From positions 1 to 64,000 of the forward strand of contig OY760142.1 of NCBI GenBank assembly GCA_963663225.1: 64,000 nucleotides of DNA. Direction: 5' to 3'. Positions 28,035 to 37,267 of the stretch are shown piece by piece; within the stretch, counting starts at the first letter, position 1; every line of letters begins with the position of its first letter. Made by a program: the position numbers and the translations under genes. The notes beneath the pieces are model-generated. The model searched no databases, was not told the DNA's origin, and saw only the letters and a program-made list of their open reading frames with translations. This DNA is from Nitrospirota bacterium. GTDB taxonomy: Bacteria; Nitrospirota; UBA9217.

Positions 28035-28901
28035 GTGACGATCAATATAAAAGAGTTACCACAACAGGATTTATTCGGCCCGGGCAACGCGGGTTGCCGC
28101 GGCTGTGGTGCCGCGATTGCCGGCAGACAGGCAATGAAAGTGTTGGGACCCCGGACCATTATCAGCATACCGGCTTCCTGCATGGCCACCCTCAGCGGGA
28201 GCAATCAGAGAACCGCATGGAGTATTCCTTTTTATCACACTCTGTTCGAGATCGCTCCTGCGATTTCATCGGGAGTCCGTGCGTCACTGGACGTCCAGGG
28301 GATCAAAGACGTGAATGTCGTATCATGGGGCGGCGACGCCGGATCGGCCGACATCGGTTTCCAGGCATTGTCGGGTGCGGCAGAGCGCAACGAATCCATT
28401 ATTCATGTTTGTTATGACAATGAAATGTACATGAACACCAGCGGCCAGACCGGGAGCCAGACTCCCCTGTATGCCGCGACGACGAACGAACAGAAGGGCA
28501 AGAAGACCAATAAAAAAGATATGCTTGCGATCATGGTGGCGCATGGCGCCGGATATGTGGCAAGCGCGTCCATATCCCATCCGCTGGACCTGATGGAGAA
28601 GTTCAAGAAGGCGGCCGCTCATGACGGTTTCGCGTATATCCACATCCTGGCCCCGTGCTATCGCGGCTGGAACATCCCCACGGACAAGTCGGTGGACACC
28701 GCGAGAAAGGCCGTTGAAAGCGGTATGTGGGAACTGTATGAGGTAGTGGACGGCAAAAAAACCCGGACGTACGAACCTTCATTCATTCCGGTGGCCGACT
28801 ATCTGAAGCCGCAGGGCCGGTTCAAGCACCTGACGGCAGCTCAGATTCAAGAGGTGCAGAATGCCGTGAATCGCCACTTTGGGCGTAAGGAGGCAAAATA
28901 A
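28035..28901 (+). CDS. porB: OFOR beta subunit, copy 2
   Basis: Identical to 22160-23026. Confidence 0.93.
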   Translation: MTINIKELPQQDLFGPGNAGCRGCGAAIAGRQAMKVLGPRTIISIPASCMATLSGSNQRTAWSIPFYHTLFEIAPAISSGVRASLDVQGIKDVNVVSWGGDAGSADIGFQALSGAAERNESIIHVCYDNEMYMNTSGQTGSQTPLYAATTNEQKGKKTNKKDMLAIMVAHGAGYVASASISHPLDLMEKFKKAAAHDGFAYIHILAPCYRGWNIPTDKSVDTARKAVESGMWELYEVVDGKKTRTYEPSFIPVADYLKPQGRFKHLTAAQIQEVQNAVNRHFGRKEAK

Positions 28902-28903
28902 TT

Positions 28904-29332
28904 ATGCGTGAGATTCGTCTACACGGTCGATTCGGGCAGCCGGTTGCCAAGCTGGCAACGGCAATAGGAAAAAAGGCCATGGCAAACGGCAAGCATGTAC
29001 AGATTGCCAATGCGTTTGCCGCGTTCCGTCCCGGAGGACCCATGAATGTCGTAATCAGGACCGATGCGGCGCCGATCAAGGAGCGGTCATCCAACAATAC
29101 CAAGCCGGACATTGTAGTAGTGCTTGACAACACCTTGTTCAAGGCAATGGATGTGACCAAGGGAATGAAAAAAGGCGGCACGGTGATGGCCCTGGGCGCC
29201 GATAAAAACGTATTGGGTGACAAGGCAGGTCAGTTCACTTTTGTGGCTATGGACCCCTTCTTTAAGGGCCGTGGTGCGAATGAAGTCGAAGCCGGCGTCA
29301 TCAGCAGCCTCGAAAATCAAAAGGCCATATAG
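28904..29332 (+). CDS. porC: OFOR gamma subunit, copy 2
   Basis: Identical to 23029-23457. Confidence 0.8.
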   Translation: MREIRLHGRFGQPVAKLATAIGKKAMANGKHVQIANAFAAFRPGGPMNVVIRTDAAPIKERSSNNTKPDIVVVLDNTLFKAMDVTKGMKKGGTVMALGADKNVLGDKAGQFTFVAMDPFFKGRGANEVEAGVISSLENQKAI

Positions 29333-29473
29333 TCATACCACACATGCAACAACTGCATGGGTAATAAACAATTTGCTTCAATCATCCAACCGTCTCGCAC
29401 ATTATGCATCACGTGAAATATCGTGAATTCCCAGGTTTTACCCGGCCCTGGGTGTTCCTTTATTTCACATTAC

Positions 29474-29510
29474 AATGCCTTCTATCGTTTAGATAGAAGG
29501 CATTTCTTTT
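29474..29510 (+). terminator. Rho-independent terminator
   Basis: AATGCCTTCTATC-GTTTA-GATAGAAGGCATT followed by TCTTTT. Confidence 0.8.
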
Positions 29511-29618
29511 ATAAAAAACCGCATAATATATCTTCCCAATGGTTTTCTTGACAGATAATCATATACGCATCTATACTTTAAGCAGGAGCTGATATATTCA
29601 GTTCAGAGGAGGTTTAAC

Positions 29619-30785
29619 ATGAATTTCATGACTGGACGCCATTTTCTTCAGATTCCGGGCCCGACAAACGTACCGGACCGGATATTGCGGGCAATGGCTA
29701 AACCGACAATCGATCATCGCGGCCCCGAGTTTTCACGAGTGGCCCTCGAAGTGCTGGATGGTCTGAAGCAAATCTCTAAAACAACCGGATCGGTGGTGGT
29801 ATATCCCTCTTCCGGGACCGGTGCGTGGGAAGCAGCTCTGGTGAACATTCTCTCTCCCGGTGACCGGGTTTTAATGGTTGAAACCGGCCACTTTGCCACA
29901 CTCTGGAAAGGCATTGCAGTCCGCTTCGGACTGGAAGTTGACTTTATTCCAACTGACTGGAGACGTGGAGCCGATCCGGCCATGATCGAAGAAAAGCTGA
30001 TCCAGGACCGGGAACGGAGAATTAAGGCCGTGGCCATTGTGCATAACGAGACATCGACGGGAGTAACAAGCCGAATTGCGGAAATCCGCAAGGCAATCGA
30101 CCGGGCTGCCCATCCGGCCTTGTTCCTGGTTGATACAATCTCGTCCCTGGCATCAATTGATTACCGGCACGATGAATGGCAAGTCGATGTAATGGCCGGT
30201 TGTTCCCAGAAAGGTCTGATGCTGCCGCCTGGATTGGGCATCAATGCCATCAGTGCAAAAGCCCTGTCCGCCGCCAAAACAGCGCGCTTGCCGAAGTCTT
30301 ATTGGGATTGGGAACCTATGCTCAATGCCAATAAAATGGGTTTTTTCCCCTATACTCCACCAACCAATCTGTTGTACGGGCTTCAAGAATCCCTGCAGAT
30401 GCTGCGGGAGGAAGGCCTGGAAAAGGTTTTCGCACGGCACGACCGTCATGCCGAAGCAACGCGCCGTGCAGTTCGGGCGTGGGGGCTTGAACTGCTTTGC
30501 CTTAATCCGGACGAATACAGCAGTTCACTTACTGCGGTACTCATGCCTGCAGGTCACAATGCCGACGCCTTTCGCAAAGTTGTCCTGGAGCATTTCAACA
30601 TGTCTCTAGGAAATGGCCTGGATAAAGTTGCAGGCAGGGTTTTCCGCATCGGGCATCTGGGCAATTTCAACGATCTCATGCTGGCGGGAACGCTCAGTGG
30701 AGTGGAAATGGGCTTGGGTCTTGCAAATGTTCCTTATGCCAAAGGTGGCGTCATGGCGGCACTTGAATATCTGGGACAGAAGTAA
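29619..30785 (+). CDS. sgaA: Serine-glyoxylate aminotransferase (class V PLP)
   Basis: GRHFLQIPGPTNVPDR, SGTGAWE, HNETSTG, SQKGLMLPPG and FRIGHLG. Own promoter candidate TTGACA-N18-TATACT near 29548. Confidence 0.9.
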   Translation: MNFMTGRHFLQIPGPTNVPDRILRAMAKPTIDHRGPEFSRVALEVLDGLKQISKTTGSVVVYPSSGTGAWEAALVNILSPGDRVLMVETGHFATLWKGIAVRFGLEVDFIPTDWRRGADPAMIEEKLIQDRERRIKAVAIVHNETSTGVTSRIAEIRKAIDRAAHPALFLVDTISSLASIDYRHDEWQVDVMAGCSQKGLMLPPGLGINAISAKALSAAKTARLPKSYWDWEPMLNANKMGFFPYTPPTNLLYGLQESLQMLREEGLEKVFARHDRHAEATRRAVRAWGLELLCLNPDEYSSSLTAVLMPAGHNADAFRKVVLEHFNMSLGNGLDKVAGRVFRIGHLGNFNDLMLAGTLSGVEMGLGLANVPYAKGGVMAALEYLGQK

Positions 30786-30829
30786 TCCTGGCAGCAGAAT
30801 GGGAAAAGGCTGTTTCTGTGCGCGGCACC

Positions 30830-32062
30830 TCAACCTTTTTTATTAAATGGAATAAACGTATACCGGAAAACGTAGATTCCGCAGTCATTCAGAAAATGAC
30901 GAAACAGGGAGTATTGTTCGGCCTCCAGCTGGGAGTTTACGTTTCCGTGTTTATCCTTGAATTCAGAGGAAAAAATCGAAGGTTTATTGTCACCGGGGCG
31001 GTATAGTGCACGGAAAAGCTGCACCGTTCCGCGCACATGATCATCCCAGTCAACTCCTGCAACAATGTTCACGGAGTAAGGAATCTTCGTATTTTTCAAT
31101 ATTTTCAGGGCATCCCTGATTGAAGCAAGATTCATGTTCTTCCCGTAGGCCTTTAATCCAGCCGGAGAGCCGCTCTCGACACCGATGTTTAGGTGCAACC
31201 CAATGCGCATCATTGATGCTTCCATTTCCTTCTGCCCGTACTGGGCGTGCAACCGCAAAATATCCTCTGCATTACAAAAAACGAATACCTTACCTTCACG
31301 CATTCCGGCATCACGCCTCACACGGTTGATATGTTCTTTGAATAAATCAAAGTCAATTCCCAGACCGCGGTGATTTCCGGCAAAAATTTCAAATTGTGCC
31401 CGTTCCTGCTCCGAGAAGATCGTTTTATAAAAACCGATCTGTTCTTCCAGTTCTTGTTTCGATCGGGGGAGCAGTTTTCTTTTGTGTTGAAAATTGCATT
31501 TCAGACATCCTCCATCACATCCCTGCGAAAAGGAGAAAGCCAGGTAATCACGGTCACCCACGTCGGGATGAATAATGTCCATGGCTCCCAGATGCTTGTT
31601 CACCTGCTGGGCGAGGCCAAGTAAAGTGGCGCGATTTTTAAGTTTTTTGAACAAAGAAAGAATATCCTCGTCCGTTGGCACCTCATGTTCGTATTCCCTG
31701 TGTTCATGCCGGGTAATGGATATTTTATCACCGGCAAGAACGCGCTCTTTGATCGTTTCGAGGCTGGTTGTCGTTTGCTCAAAACGCTCCATTTGCTGAG
31801 CAGTTGGAATGCTGGTAATGTACCCGCCGCTTTTGACGTCCGGTTCTATATCAACGAGAGAACCTCCGAGTGTTCGTATGGTTTCTGAGTTCCTGTCGCT
31901 CACGCTTTTCAGGATGCCGGATTTATAGACAGCTGCGACGGAATCATCCGGAAATTTCAAAAAATACTTCGGGACGTTACCTTTTTCATAAGGGCTGCCC
32001 GTAGTGATTTCGATGAGGGTATTATTCGCAACTATCTTTAACATCGTGAAACCTTTCATCAA
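30830..32062 (-). CDS. Radical SAM protein of unknown function
   Basis: CDGGCLKC (CxxxCxxC) and NIGVESGS; start may be 32044. Confidence 0.8.
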   Translation of the reverse strand: MMKGFTMLKIVANNTLIEITTGSPYEKGNVPKYFLKFPDDSVAAVYKSGILKSVSDRNSETIRTLGGSLVDIEPDVKSGGYITSIPTAQQMERFEQTTTSLETIKERVLAGDKISITRHEHREYEHEVPTDEDILSLFKKLKNRATLLGLAQQVNKHLGAMDIIHPDVGDRDYLAFSFSQGCDGGCLKCNFQHKRKLLPRSKQELEEQIGFYKTIFSEQERAQFEIFAGNHRGLGIDFDLFKEHINRVRRDAGMREGKVFVFCNAEDILRLHAQYGQKEMEASMMRIGLHLNIGVESGSPAGLKAYGKNMNLASIRDALKILKNTKIPYSVNIVAGVDWDDHVRGTVQLFRALYRPGDNKPSIFSSEFKDKHGNVNSQLEAEQYSLFRHFLNDCGIYVFRYTFIPFNKKG

Positions 32063-32226
32063 GCAGGCCTGGCTGTGTATGCTCAGGCTAGAATTGATGG
32101 CCTTCTGCTGTCACTCACCGCAGATTTGGAACGTTCGGGAGAAGAACAACGAGTTGGAAATTATTATGATATCCAGCGTTTCAGAATCATTGTCGATGGC
32201 TTCCGCACTGAAAAAAAACTGTGAAA

Positions 32227-32586
32227 CTACCAATAGAGATCCTTCACAGTTACCGACACGGGCAATTCATAATCAGTGCCGCCTGAGTCCACGTACTCGC
32301 GGCAGGACGGATACTGTTGATAGCAATACAATGCATGAATACTGATGTTCGAAAGTTTGTGTTCGGCCGACATGGTATCAAAAAAATATTCCCACTCGTC
32401 AGTGGAATCTTCGCTATTTGCTCCGCGAGGCCAGAAATGGCCGGCACGGTAACCGTAACCAAGGTTTGGAAACGGCGGCGCCGGCGGCGCTGCATTCGCT
32501 GCATCATCCTGATAACGCATCAGCCATGCCCACCATAATGCCACAAATTCATATTGCTTTGATCGTTCGATTAAGCTGCTGTCCAT
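32227..32586 (-). CDS. Hypothetical protein (aromatic/acidic)
   Basis: 119-aa ORF with a GAGG-like SD upstream; no family recognised. Confidence 0.4.
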   Translation of the reverse strand: MDSSLIERSKQYEFVALWWAWLMRYQDDAANAAPPAPPFPNLGYGYRAGHFWPRGANSEDSTDEWEYFFDTMSAEHKLSNISIHALYCYQQYPSCREYVDSGGTDYELPVSVTVKDLYW

Positions 32587-33079
32587 AGTTCTCTTCCTCG
32601 CAGACTAGTTATCGTATTGAGTCGTAATGTTATATCGACAAAGGAAACATTTTCCGCTTGCCTTCGGGAAACGCTCCTCGCAATCAATAAAGTCATTTGT
32701 TTTTAAATCAAACAATTATTACAATCTCGACAAGCATGGTGTACGTGCGGTTTAAAAGAAGAGCTTGATATCAGACTGATATTAATATCAGAATAAAATT
32801 GTTACCATATAACTCCGGAACCGAATACCACTGCCCCCTGCCAGTCAATAGTTAGCCCAAACCGCTCAGAATAACCCTTCTTTCCGAATTTACTCGAAGT
32901 GAGAAGGGTTTTACATAATATCAAAAACGTCTTTTTTATGCAAACAAAAAGAAACAAACTCCATCATGGCTGGGGGGGGGAAGCAGTATTTCTCGTTACG
33001 TACAAAAAAATAAAAAACTGTTCTTGTCGCATCATTCCTTTAAGGACTTACGGCATTAAAGTGGCAGGTGGCCGCATTA

Positions 33080-33478
33080 TCAGTCTTTAAAATGCGATTT
33101 TGCTTTTTCAAAAGCCTTCTCAAAGTCATCCGCTGCTTTATTCAATTCGCTTGAAAGTTTATGCCACTTTTTTTCTGACTCTTTTTGTATCATTTCAAAC
33201 TTCTGTGAGGCTATTTTCTGTTTTTTTTCTGCCTCTGCGAGATATTTATTCAAGTCCTTGTTTGCCCGCTCCTTCATGGCTGCTGCTTTGGTTCTCAACT
33301 CCTCCATTTGCGTGCCCAGTCGATCTAAGCGTTCTCCCATTTTTTTTTCAAACTGCTGCCTTTGTGCCGTTATATCCTGTGATATCGATTGCTGTTCTTT
33401 GGCGTATCCCGTTGTCAGGAACGTGGTACACGAGATAAACAAGGCACCTGTCAGCGCAAGTGAAATAAGATGTTTCAT
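33080..33478 (-). CDS. Exported coiled-coil protein
   Basis: SD AAGGAGAGG; signal-peptide-like MKHLISLALTGALFISC followed by charged heptads. Confidence 0.75.
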   Translation of the reverse strand: MKHLISLALTGALFISCTTFLTTGYAKEQQSISQDITAQRQQFEKKMGERLDRLGTQMEELRTKAAAMKERANKDLNKYLAEAEKKQKIASQKFEMIQKESEKKWHKLSSELNKAADDFEKAFEKAKSHFKD

Positions 33479-33696
33479 AAACACCTCTCCTTTCGTTAAA
33501 CAACGCTTGAAATCCATGCGAATATACTATTATTTATGATAGCACAATTCCAGAAAAGCAGCGATGAAGAGGCCGGGGAAATGATTATTTTGGCATCTTC
33601 TATTGATACCCTTATGAAAGTCGAATTTCTGCCCGGAAACGATTCATATGGGTTGCATTGACAACGTTGGATACTGCGATGAAAACTTTTCAACCT

Positions 33697-34281
33697 TTAT
33701 CCTATTAATGTCACAATAAAAGACATTACGCCTCCCGATACAAGAGGTATTAAAAGGTTATCGTTCACCGGAAGCGGCAGGAGTTCCACACCCGCAGCAA
33801 TAAACGCGCCGATCACGACCAAACCATACATTATCGGAATGCCGGTCAGCGAGAGCAGCATTCCTCCTGATATCGCGGCGGCAACAAAAGCAATGCTCCC
33901 TTCAACGCTTTTATTTCCAATTTTTGTTTTACCATACCGTTCACCTGCAGTCGTGGCTGCAACATCGCCAAAGGCAAGAAAACAAATAGCCAATGTGGCA
34001 ATATCTTCACGGTAGAAATAAAAAGTCAAACCAATTCCTAAAATGTAGGAAGCGGTGCCCGTAATCTTCCGCTTCTCGCTCAAACGGATAAAGTTTCGGA
34101 ACTTATCATGAATAAAACGATTGACCAGCGGTAGTTTAAGGCGAACTATATCCAGCGTGAGAACAATAGCAAACAATACTGCATACAACAAAAGCGCCTG
34201 ATTTCTGCCAAGAAAATAGTAAAGTGAGACAAGGGACAAGCCGCCTAAAAGGTGATATAACTTTCTGCCTAGCTGGTTCAC
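33697..34281 (-). CDS. CTP-dependent diacylglycerol/polyprenol kinase family membrane protein
   Basis: RKLYHL, FGDVAA...G, KSVEGS and NDNLLIP motifs of the Dgk1/dolichol/phytol kinase family. Confidence 0.85.
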   Translation of the reverse strand: MNQLGRKLYHLLGGLSLVSLYYFLGRNQALLLYAVLFAIVLTLDIVRLKLPLVNRFIHDKFRNFIRLSEKRKITGTASYILGIGLTFYFYREDIATLAICFLAFGDVAATTAGERYGKTKIGNKSVEGSIAFVAAAISGGMLLSLTGIPIMYGLVVIGAFIAAGVELLPLPVNDNLLIPLVSGGVMSFIVTLIG

Positions 34282-34443
34282 CGAAATCCTCGCTTGTAAT
34301 AAAAAATATTTTGTAAAGATTTTTCACGCAACAGTATTCCATCTTTTAGTCTATTGTATTTTAGAAAGATCATATGAGCAATCGTTTTTTATAACAGTTA
34401 ATTAATACGCGATCACACCTATCTTTTGCGAATGGTGAATTAT

Positions 34444-34494
34444 ATTAAATGTATGTTACGGTATTATGAAAAGATTATTACAATCGGGTTACTA
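34444..34494 (-). promoter_or_regulatory. Pho-box-like array (5 heptamers, 11-bp period) facing the lipid kinase
   Basis: Minus-strand TAGTAAC, TTGTAAT, TTTTCAT, CCGTAAC and ATTTAAT, at + coordinates 34488, 34477, 34466, 34455 and 34444. Confidence 0.6.
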
Positions 34495-34563
34495 CTAAAA
34501 AATTAATACTATCATAGCTAAACATGATTTTTACGCCACACCTCTCGGCAGAATACTAAAATT

Positions 34564-34603
34564 TTTTCACGCATTTTTAACCTGGTTGTAATATTCCCGT
34601 AAT
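34564..34603 (+). promoter_or_regulatory. Pho-box-like array upstream of psiE
   Basis: TTTTCAC, TTTTAAC, TTGTAAT and CCGTAAT at 34564, 34575, 34586 and 34597. Confidence 0.7.
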
Positions 34604-34651
34604 AACCTTTTATCAATATGACAACAATTGATTTTATAATTTGGTGAAACT

Positions 34652-35074
34652 ATGATCGTAGAATACTTCGGCAAAATAGTCGACAATATGATCAAACTGC
34701 TGATCCCCATGGTAATCATTGCATTGTTGATGGGAATTGCGCGACTGGTTCTTGACTTGCGTTCAGTTTTCGGGAGCCAAACAATAGGAGCAGCTTTTGA
34801 TATGATGGTGACGAATATTCTTTCCATGTTCATCGTCATTGAACTCTTGAGAAGCGTAATAGAATATTTCAGCGTGCATCGTTTGAAAATAACCTTCATC
34901 ACCGATGCCGCGCTGGTATTCGTGTTAAGGGAAGTTATGGCTGGTCTTTATGAGCACACACTGCAGACTCCCATGATTTTTGCCCTTTCTGCGCTGATAC
35001 TGGTAATCGGATGTCTCAGAACGCTTGCAGTGGTTTTTTCACCGAAAAAATATCTAGAATCGGAGCAAAAGTAA
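34652..35074 (+). CDS. psiE: Phosphate-starvation-inducible PsiE family protein
   Basis: Four hydrophobic segments; IELLRSV.EYF and DAALVFVLREV motifs. Confidence 0.85.
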   Translation: MIVEYFGKIVDNMIKLLIPMVIIALLMGIARLVLDLRSVFGSQTIGAAFDMMVTNILSMFIVIELLRSVIEYFSVHRLKITFITDAALVFVLREVMAGLYEHTLQTPMIFALSALILVIGCLRTLAVVFSPKKYLESEQK

Positions 35075-35191
35075 TATGGACAACAGCATGAACAATATTG
35101 ATGGAAAATCGGAAAATAAATATGAAGAAGCAGTCCTATTCGCAATTGCTCTATTAGGCCTGCTCGGAATGGTGCTCTATTGGCGATAACA

Positions 35192-36466
35192 ATGGGAAAA
35201 AACCCAGATTGCAGAGATAATGAAACCGTTTTCCCGATTGATTTTCAATGGGGAATCGCCACATCTGCATTTCAAATTGAAGGTTCGCCTCATGCGGATT
35301 GGACAACATGGGATCCCGATCTTGAAGGAATGCCGAATATAACGGACCACTACAATCGCTATCGTCAGGATCTTTATTTATTAAAGGAATTAGGCGTCAA
35401 CAGTTATCGTTTCTCTATAGAATGGAGCAGGATTCAGCCACAGGACGGGGTCTGGAACGAGGAGGCCATAGGTCACTACCAGGACATTATCAATATCCTT
35501 CGAAGCTACAATATTGAACCCATGGTGACATTGCACCATTTTACAAATCCCTCCTGGTTTATTGAACGTACACCGTGGCACCGGACAACATCTATAGAAA
35601 AGTTCCTGCGCTTTACCGAAAAAATGGTATCTACTCTCAAAGGCGTGCGTTATTGGATAACATTTAATGAACCGTACGTCATTCTGCTGGGTGGTTATCT
35701 CGAAGGATGCACACCTCCGGGGATTCAGGATGTACCGAAATCACTTCGTGCTTTAAAAAATATCTTCACCTGCCATGGAAAAGCATACGACCTTATCCAT
35801 AGTTACGTTCCGGACGCCCAGGTAAGCCTCTCTCATAATATGTCCGTTTTTGCGCCCTGGAAAAAATGGAACCCTCTGGATCGGGCACTCAAAAAAACAG
35901 CAAATTTTTTCTACAATCATTCAATCATAGATGCATTTAAAACAGGTAATTTTGTCATTAAATTTCCATTCTCGCGCCCTATCGAGATAGAAATTCCTAT
36001 TAAAGGAAAGCTCGATTTTTTCGGTGTGAACTATTATACTCGCATTCATCTTCGTTTCAATCCCTTCAAGAGGATGGGAGTGGAGCTCCGGCATCTCGAC
36101 ATCGATGGTCACGGCCTTACGAATATCGGTTGGGAAATTCATCCCCGTGGAATTGAAAAGGTCCTCAGATATGCTTCCCGTCTTCAGGTTCCGCTGATAA
36201 TCACGGAAAACGGCATTGCGACACATGATGCCGAAAAAAAAGTGAAATATATGAAGCGGCACGTTGACATGTTGGAGCGGTGCCTGAAAAATGGCCTTGA
36301 CATACGGGGTTATTACTATTGGACGTTAATTGATAATTACGAATGGCTCAATGGTCTTGATACCCGGTTCGGACTTTATGGGGTGGATTTCAAAACACTC
36401 CAACGCCACCCCACAAGCGCCGCAGCATACTATTCTTATTTAATTCACAGCCGATCGCAATTGTAA
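35192..36466 (+). CDS. Glycoside hydrolase family 1 (beta-glucosidase-like)
   Basis: WGIATSAFQIEG, YRFSIEWSRI, TFNEP (acid/base), ITENG (nucleophile) and DNYEW. Confidence 0.95.
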   Translation: MGKNPDCRDNETVFPIDFQWGIATSAFQIEGSPHADWTTWDPDLEGMPNITDHYNRYRQDLYLLKELGVNSYRFSIEWSRIQPQDGVWNEEAIGHYQDIINILRSYNIEPMVTLHHFTNPSWFIERTPWHRTTSIEKFLRFTEKMVSTLKGVRYWITFNEPYVILLGGYLEGCTPPGIQDVPKSLRALKNIFTCHGKAYDLIHSYVPDAQVSLSHNMSVFAPWKKWNPLDRALKKTANFFYNHSIIDAFKTGNFVIKFPFSRPIEIEIPIKGKLDFFGVNYYTRIHLRFNPFKRMGVELRHLDIDGHGLTNIGWEIHPRGIEKVLRYASRLQVPLIITENGIATHDAEKKVKYMKRHVDMLERCLKNGLDIRGYYYWTLIDNYEWLNGLDTRFGLYGVDFKTLQRHPTSAAAYYSYLIHSRSQL

Positions 36467-36500
36467 CAGCAATTTAATATATCCGTAATATACCCGTAAT
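36461..36500 (+). promoter_or_regulatory. Pho-box-like array upstream of the PHP-GT21-olsF operon
   Basis: TTGTAAC, ATTTAAT, CCGTAAT and CCGTAAT at 36461, 36472, 36483 and 36494. Confidence 0.7.
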
Positions 36501-36524
36501 ATTAAAAAAGTATATTTAATCACA

Positions 36525-37217
36525 ATGATACTATGTGATTTTCACATTCATACCACGTACTCTGACGGGTTTGTGGAAATGAGAAAAACAATCGATCTTT
36601 TTGGACAGGCGGGTTTTGACGTCATTGCTATTACAGACCATGTGGTAAACGGGGACAATGTATTAGGAAAGTTTGCTCAAAAATTCAATCTCTCCGTCAA
36701 ACAAGATAATTTCGATGAATACCTCTTGACGATTCGCGAAGAGGCAAAAAGAGCCATGAACAAATACGGAATGCTGGTCGTTCCGGGTGTGGAAATAAGC
36801 AAAAATTACTTATCAGAAGACGAATCAGCGCACTTTTTGCTTCTTGATATAAAAAAATTCATCCCTGCCTGCATGAATTGTGAAGAAATATTCATCGAAG
36901 CAAAAAAACAGAATGCACTCATCATCGCGTGCCACCCTCACCACACCACGGATGCCACGACCATGGATACTTTGTTTCTCTGGAACAACCGGGATAAATA
37001 CACCAAATACATCGACGCATGGGAAATTGCCAATCGTGACGATGTGTTCAATGTGATCAGCTTAAAAAAATATCCATACGTCGCTAATAGCGATTTCCAC
37101 AAACCGCATCATCTGTATTCCTGGAAAACGCTCTTGAATTGTGAAAAAACCATCGATTGCGTGAAAAATTGTATTAAGCACAACAGAGGAGTGGCGATCA
37201 CACTATTCAGGAACTGA
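36525..37217 (+). CDS. PHP-domain metal-dependent phosphoesterase
   Basis: DFHIHTTYSDG, AITDH, GVE, CHPH and NSDFH. Confidence 0.9.
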   Translation: MILCDFHIHTTYSDGFVEMRKTIDLFGQAGFDVIAITDHVVNGDNVLGKFAQKFNLSVKQDNFDEYLLTIREEAKRAMNKYGMLVVPGVEISKNYLSEDESAHFLLLDIKKFIPACMNCEEIFIEAKKQNALIIACHPHHTTDATTMDTLFLWNNRDKYTKYIDAWEIANRDDVFNVISLKKYPYVANSDFHKPHHLYSWKTLLNCEKTIDCVKNCIKHNRGVAITLFRN

Positions 37218-37267
37218 ACGATGAAACTTTATATTCTTCTACACATTACCTATGATGGAGGCATACC

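Larger units (their letters stand above)
26495..29348 (+). repeat. 2854-bp direct repeat, copy 2 (OFOR operon)
   Basis: Matches 20620-23473. Confidence 0.95.

Noticed and set aside
20620-29348. Composite transposon carrying the dehydrogenase
   Set aside because: The flanking repeats are metabolic genes, with no transposase, terminal inverted repeats or target duplication.
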